Positions 55,381 through 64,000 of a stretch of 64,000 bases of DNA are shown here, in pieces (within the stretch, counting starts at the first letter, position 1; every line of letters starts with the position of its first letter). Source of the stretch: the human T2T-CHM13v2.0 reference genome, Homo sapiens; the NCBI RefSeq assembly GCF_009914755.1, contig NC_060947.1; one strand, written 5' to 3'. The translations under genes and the position numbers were made by a program. Under the pieces are notes generated by a model that was not told the origin of the DNA, did not search any database, and saw only the letters and a program-made list of their open reading frames with translations.

Positions 55381-57980
55381 TGTTTTAGAAGAACTTTTGA
55401 GGGATGGGATTTTTACAGGCAGAAAACATGTGAGTCAAGGATGATGGAATGTTAGACACACACACACAAACACACACTCAATATGAATATACTTAGTGTC
55501 TTTGAGAAGCAATGAGTTGTCATGTGTAAAATGAGATTCAGTAGGAGGTTAAGTTGGAAAATTAGGTGAAAACTCACTCATAGTTTTTCTCTGTTTCTCT
55601 TTCTCTCTGCCTCTCTAGCAGGTAATGCAAGCAAATGGCAAAATAAATTCAAACAGTACAATAGAGTTTATAATGAAAAATAAATTTCATTCCATTGCTA
55701 TAAAAATCTGTTTAGGGGATACATCTCATGTTAAGTGTTCTTAAGACAATAAAACAAAACTTTCATAATAATAATTGAAAAAATAATTTGTTCTGGGAGC
55801 AAATGGGATGTTGTTATCTTCCAGGATACAAATATCACAGGAGGCCCAGTCTGTACAATTGAGACCTGATGGGGAGTATTGTAACAAGTAGTCCCAATGA
55901 CAATCATTACAGTCTAATAGTAATGCATGAGGTATGATAGTGCTTTGTCCTTTATTTACTTGTTCAGTTATATAAAAAGTGAAGTAAAATTTTGGTATTA
56001 TAATACTCATCATATGAGGATACAAACTCTAGAAAAAGCCATTCCGAAAATTCTAGGTAAAATGTCTAATTGAGATCATGCTAATGAACTTATTTGTCCA
56101 GGAACTAGTCCATAGTAGGACTCAGTAACTGCCAAAACTTGGATCATTATTAGACAGGAGTTAGGTGGTAGACAAGAAGGGGACTACCTGAATCAATCAG
56201 TTGTTTAATCTGCAGAAAACCAACCAATCAACTTGGCTACTAGTGCCACTGCATATATAGAATCCTTGGTGCCGGAGCTATAGAGCGTTTGTAAAGTATT
56301 CCAGTAGATTAGATTTTCTAAAGTTGCTGAAATTTTTTTCCAGCTCAAACTCTCAAACCAGATAAAATTGTGCATTTTGCTGAGGCATATAAATTTTCCA
56401 AGAAGTTATTAGCTCTTTGATATGCTGGAATTTCCTTAAGTTGGACAATTTAGTATATTTAATCACTCTTGGTTTTTTATCAGCAGTCTTATGGACAGAC
56501 AACAAAAAGGAAGAAAAAGATCTATCACCAGATGGAGAAAGGCATTAGCCACACATGACCTTTCAAGTGTTATGATATCTTTTAGATCCATATAGGGGAT
56601 GTCTCTGTTGGATAAATGACAGAGCTCAAGATGTAGCCAGACTGCGTGCAGCATGTACAACAGTAAAATCTGAAAGAAAATGCAAACAAGCAAGCAACAG
56701 TGTCTGAACACATTAAGTCACAGAAAAATGTCTGAAGTGTTTATTTGTGAATTTATCTAGAAGTTGAGGGTAGATGTAAGGAAGGTGAAAAGAGAAAAAG
56801 AAATCCAGTTCCATCTTCTAATAAAAAGATAATTTTTTTCTAATATTCTATTATTCTATTATAATGAGTCATTTGAATTTGTTTATTCAAGTCATTTATA
56901 GTCAGTTTCTTTCCAAATTAATTTGGCCCCTTGAAATTTCTCATTTTTTGCTGTATAAAGTGGGTAATGATATTTAATGCCAAAAAATGCTATTATCATT
57001 TTTCTTTCTTTCTATCCCCAAAAGTTTACCCCTATCCTGGGCTGCCACATAGAAGACCATGACTATAAAACAATTTTCAGTCCTGCCAGTAGTGACAGGT
57101 AAATCTACATACACAAGGAAGTAAGAAGAAAAGAACAACCATTGCTGACCATAACATGACAAATGATAGAGCACTTTAAAACTTTATTGATAATTCAGCA
57201 ACTTGTTTAAAATCCACACAGAAAAGCATACATATTATTTCTTCCCCTCCCTTGCAAAATAGCAAAATATAGAGAGAACACTTCAGAGGAGTGAAACAGC
57301 AAGGGTGGGTAACACCATCTAGCCTCAACAAATGTATTCAGAGACTTTTTTTCACTTGTCATTTCAGGCTGAGATTCTAAGCCAGGCTCCTCCTCACCAT
57401 TTTGCACTGAAGACTGGGTTTTCTGCCTTTCTCTGCTGCATCTTTGTGGGGATCGAGCATCATTTGCAGGGGAACCTTCTGCCCAAGTCCGCTTCCCATG
57501 AGACATGACTGACTCCATCTCTGTCAACAGAAACTCCATGGGAAGAGGGATGGTGTAGACAGTGAGTCTTTCATAGTGAAGATGGCATTTTTTTAACCAG
57601 TTTTATTTTGGACCCCATAGAGATGGAAATACAGCCTCGATTTAGAAAGTTGGCTCATTCTCTTCACTATTAATATTTGACTTACATGGACGTAGTATTT
57701 GAGACCGAAGTGCGACTGATTAGAACACCCTGCTTGCTGCTTTATTTCTAAGATAAAAAGTGAAGCCACACTCAAAATATAAGCTCTGTTCACAGAAAGG
57801 TGACAACTCATCAAGACCCTCCTTCCTCAAACAGTAGAGCAGATAGCACAGAAAAGAAAACAAAAACAGACTCTTTCTTACAGAGTAAGAGGAAAAACAG
57901 AAAGTGAAGGCAAAAAACAAATGAAAAGATGCCCTTTCTATTTTCTGAAGCCAGAGGCTAGGGCAAACTGGTAAACATAC

Positions 57981-60296
57981 TGATATGGTTTGGTTCTGTG
58001 TCCCCACCAAAATCTCATCTGGAATTGTAATCCCCATAATCCCCACATGTAGAGGGAGGGACCTAGTGGGAGTTGATTGAATCATGGGGGCAGTGTCCCC
58101 CATGCTGTTCTCATGATAGTGAGTGAGATCTCATGAGATCTGATGGGTTTATGTGTTTGACAGTTCCTCCTTCACACACTCTCTCTCGACTGCTGCCATG
58201 TAAGGCATTCCTGCTTCCGCTCACACCATGACTGTAAGATTCCTGAGGCTTCCCCAGCCATGCAGAACTATAAGTCAATTAAACCTCTTTCCTTTATAAG
58301 TTACCCAGTCTCAGGGAAGTTCTTTATAGCAGTGTGAAAACGGACTAATTCAAAAAACTGGTACTGAGGGTAGTGGGGCATTGCTATGAGATACCTGAGA
58401 ATGTGGAAGGTACTTTGGAACTGGGTAATGGGCAGAAGTTGGAACACTTTGGAAGGCTTGGAAGACAGGAAGATGTGGGAAAGTTTGGAACTTCCTAGAC
58501 AGTTGTCGAATGGTTTTGACCAAAATGCTGAGAGTGATACGGATAATGAAGTCCAGGATGAGGTGGTCTCAGATGGAGATGAGGAACTTCTTGGCAACTG
58601 AAGCAAAGGTCACTCTCGCTACAGTTTAGCAAAAAGATTGGAGGCATTTTGCCCTTGCCCTAGAGATCTGTGGAACTTTAAACTTGAGAGAGATGATTAT
58701 GGGTTTCTGGTGGAAGAAATTTCTAAAAAGCGATGTATTCAAGACATGACCTGGATTATTCTGAAAGTGTTCAGTTATATGCATTCACAAAGAGAATATT
58801 TGAAATTGGAACTTACAATTAAAAGAGAAGAACAGCATAAAAGTTTGGAAAATTGGCAGCCTTACTATGTAGTTGAAAAGAAAAACCCATTTTCTGGGGA
58901 GAAATTGAAGCCAGCTGAAGAAATCTGCATAAGTAATGAGGAGCACATGGTAATAGCCAAGACAATGGGGAAAACGTCTCAGCACCATGTCAGAGATCTT
59001 CATGGCAGCCCCTGCCATTATAAGCCCAGAGGCCTAGGAGGGAAAAATGGTTTCCTGGGCTGGGCCAAGGGTCCCCCTGCTCTGTGCAGCCTTGGGACAT
59101 GGTGCCATGTGTCCCAGCTTCTCCAGCTCCATTAGTGCTACAAGGGCCCAAGTTGCAGCTTGGGCTGTTGCTTCAGAGGGTGCAAGCCCCAAGCCCAGGC
59201 GGGTTCCATGTAGTGCTGGGTTTGAGGGTGCACAGAAGTAAAAAATTGAAGTTTGGGAACCTCCACCTAGATTTCAGAGGATATGTGGAAATGTCTGGAT
59301 GTCCAGGAAGAAGCTTGCTGCAGAAGTGGAAACTTCATGCAGAACCTCTGCTAGGGCAGTGCGGAAGAAAAATGTGGGGTTGGAGCCCCCACACAGAGTC
59401 CCCACTGGGGCACTGGTTAGTGGAGCTGTGAGAAGAGGGAAACCATCATCACACCCTAGATTGGTAGATCCATTGACAGCTTGCATTGTGCACTTTGAAG
59501 AGCAACAGGCACTAAACGTCAGCCAATGGAGGAACTGCCAAAAGCTGTGGGAGCCAACCCCTTGCATCAGCGTGCCCTGGATGTGAGATGTGGAGTCAAA
59601 GGAGATCATTTTGGACTTTTAAGATTTAATGACTGTCCCACTGGGTTTTGGACTTGCATGGGGCCTGTAGCCCCTGTGTTTTGGCCAATCTCTCCCATTT
59701 GAAATGGATGTATTTACCGTACCCTCATTGTATCTTGGAAGAAGCGAACTTATTTTTGATTTTACAGGTTCATAAGTGGAAGGGTCTTGCCTTGTCTCAG
59801 ATGAGATTTGGACCATGGACTTTTGAGTTAATGCTGAAACGAGTTAAGACTTTGGGGGACTGTTGGGAAGGCACGACTAGTTTTGAAATGTAAAAAGGAT
59901 GTGAAATTTGGGAGGGGCCGGGGTGGAATGATACGGTTTGGCTCTTTGCCTGCACCCAAATCTTATCTTGAATTGTAATCTCCATAATCCCCACATGTCA
60001 GGAGACGGATCTAGTGGGAGGTGATTGGATCATGGGGGCAGATTTCCCCACGTTGTTCTCATGGTAGTGAGTTTTCACAAGATCTGATTGTTTTATAAGT
60101 GTTTGACAGTTCCTCCAACACGCTCTCTCTTACCTGCTGCCATGTAAGATGTAGCTGCTTTCCCTTCCACCATTATTCTAAGTTTCCTGAGGCCTCCCCA
60201 GCCACGCAGAACTGTTAGTCAATTAAACCTTTTTCCTTTATAGATTACCCAGTCTCAAGGAAGTTCTTTATAGTAGTGTGAAAATGGACTAATACA
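57981..60296 (+). mobile_element. Complete THE1D-like MaLR element (LTR 57981-58352, internal 58353-59928, LTR 59929-60296)
   Basis: Two LTRs with THE1 internal sequence; perfect 5-bp TSD catac. Confidence 0.93.
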
Positions 60297-61131
60297 CATA
60301 CAGACAATATATAGAATTCACAGAGGAAGGTGCAGGGACTTTGCCTTGAATGGAATTGTTCAGAGCTGTTAAAAAAGTCTGCAATGCTCAGGTTTTTCAT
60401 CACAGAGATGCCTGCAAAGAATTAGAACAACACAAATACCTGCAACAAATGCTTAACTTGAGCTTAGTGAAGTACACCCACCAATAGAAGTAGGAGTAAT
60501 GCACCACCATCCCAGCTTTCAAAGTTTTAAAAACAGTAACCTCAAACTCACTCCAGGGTCTTGCTGAAGTAGAAGGAAATACAAGCTTTTGCACTAGATT
60601 GAGAAAACACTTTAACTTTATTCCTAATTAAGATTGGGAATTAATTGCCAAAAATACAGGCAGATGCATGATTTAGGCTAATTCTGTAGCATAGCTGCAT
60701 AGTGAGATTTTTGTCTAAACAATGCTAAATATCTGTGTTAAGAGAAAAGCTACTGAAATGAACTGAGGTACAGAATCTTTGAAGGAGGGGAAGAGGCCCA
60801 GTTTTTTCTTTTGTCTTTCCAAGCTACTGACACAGTATTTATTCATTCATATATGTGTGTGGGTGAGTTCATTCAGCTAATATATAACAAGTACTATACT
60901 GGCAGGCCTGGTGCGAAGTTCTGAGATCCTGTGCTGAATCCTACATGGCAACTGTCCTTAAGAAAAACAAAATAATCAAGCCAAGCATGTCCAATAAAAA
61001 CAAAAATCTGAGCTTAGGTAAGGAGATAATTTACTTGAAAGAACTGCCGGAAGAGAGGGAAAAGAGAAAACTGCAGTGGAGAGGGAGGCCTGTTGTAATA
61101 GGGAGAAGGCTCCAAGCATGACATCTGCTAG

Positions 61132-61529
<398 letters not shown>

Positions 61530-61562
61530 TAGAAAGGTCTGGTTGTAGAGAAGTGGGATGAG

Positions 61563-61932
<370 letters not shown>

Positions 61933-62574
61933 CTATTCTCAATGGAAGCCTTTAAGGACGGCTGGCTCAGGCTGAGGGTGAAAGATCAGCAGCCCATGGA
62001 AAAAACAAAAGCCTGACAACATTTGGTCAAGTTAGTGGGCATTTTGTTTTGATTTGTCAGTGGAGACAAACATTTCAGCTAATCACTTATGGGACAAAAG
62101 GTGGAACTGTGGAGGGTCTTTATCTGGCCTTGTCATAGGTATTCAAGGGTACATTCACCAGAGTCTTAGTCATATGGGGAGAGTGGTTTATGACAGTAAA
62201 ACATTTTAGGGAATACAAAAGGGTAGGAGAAATATTTCTTAACTGTCATTCGTTTCCAAGAGCACAGGGCTCAGGTAAAGTTCAGCACTGTTAAGGGAAA
62301 AGACTTGTAAATCACCAATTAAGCAAGCATGCAAATCCGTGCTCTTGTGCAGGATTGTTCAAAGACCTTTGAGAGTAAACAGGGGAGCACCCCTAACTGA
62401 GGGTCAGGTAGGTGTCACAGGAAATTCACATTGTAGCTGGGCCTAGTGGAATAATCGTTTTCTTTGCCAGGACCACACCACCTTTCTTCTAGCTGTTTGT
62501 CTATCCCCTACCCTATGACCTTCACCAATGTATCCTCTAACTATGATGTAAAAGTTAGAACTATCACTTTGCAA

Positions 62575-63670
<1,096 letters not shown>

Positions 63671-63671
63671 G

Positions 63672-64000
63672 TGCTATAGTTTGAATATCCCCTCTGAAAC
63701 AAATGCTGAAATTTAATTGCTATTATAGTGGTGTTAAGGAGTAAGATCTTTAAGAGGTGATTAGGTTATAAGAGCTTCACCCTCATGAAAGGACTAATGT
63801 CTTTATCTTGGGAATTGGTTAGTTTATCAAAGGAATGGGTTCCTCATAATGAGGATGTGATCAGCCCAATTCCTCTCTCTGTCTTGCACACAGATTTCAT
63901 CATGCGATGTCTTCCATCATGGCATGACCCTCACCCGATGTGGGCACCATGCGCTTGGACTTCTCAGCCTCCAGAATGATGAACCAAATATATTTATATG
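63672..64000 (+). mobile_element. MST-family LTR, cut by window end
   Basis: tgctatagtttgaatatcccc ... ttggacttctcagcctccagaa. Confidence 0.8.

Noticed and set aside
57207-57539. 110-aa minus-strand ORF
   Set aside because: No recognisable homology or supporting gene structure; length is compatible with chance.

Overview
Primate (human-like) non-coding genomic DNA dominated by transposable elements. I see no protein-coding exons, structural RNA genes, CpG island or CRISPR array, and the recognisable long ORFs in the track derive from L1, MaLR or Alu sequence. The window holds 7 Alus, several L1s (a ~5.9 kb L1PA13-like copy, a 5'-truncated L1PA4-like copy, older L1M copies and micro-insertions), two complete MaLR elements (MSTA, THE1D), many solo LTRs (several nested), hAT DNA transposons, and L2/MIR/L3 relics. 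Repeat family names are from recalled consensus sequences and need RepeatMasker/Dfam confirmation. I found no evidence of a new multi-gene system. The most unusual structures are: (1) a tail-to-tail inverted MER50 LTR pair enclosed by one 4-bp target-site duplication (TSD) inside an LTR8; (2) two independent 3'UTR-like retrocopies about 170 bp apart inside one small DNA transposon; (3) a doubled L1 3' tip inside a single TSD; (4) a perfect 16-bp hairpin in a MER4 LTR; (5) an LTR10-borne p53-like site.
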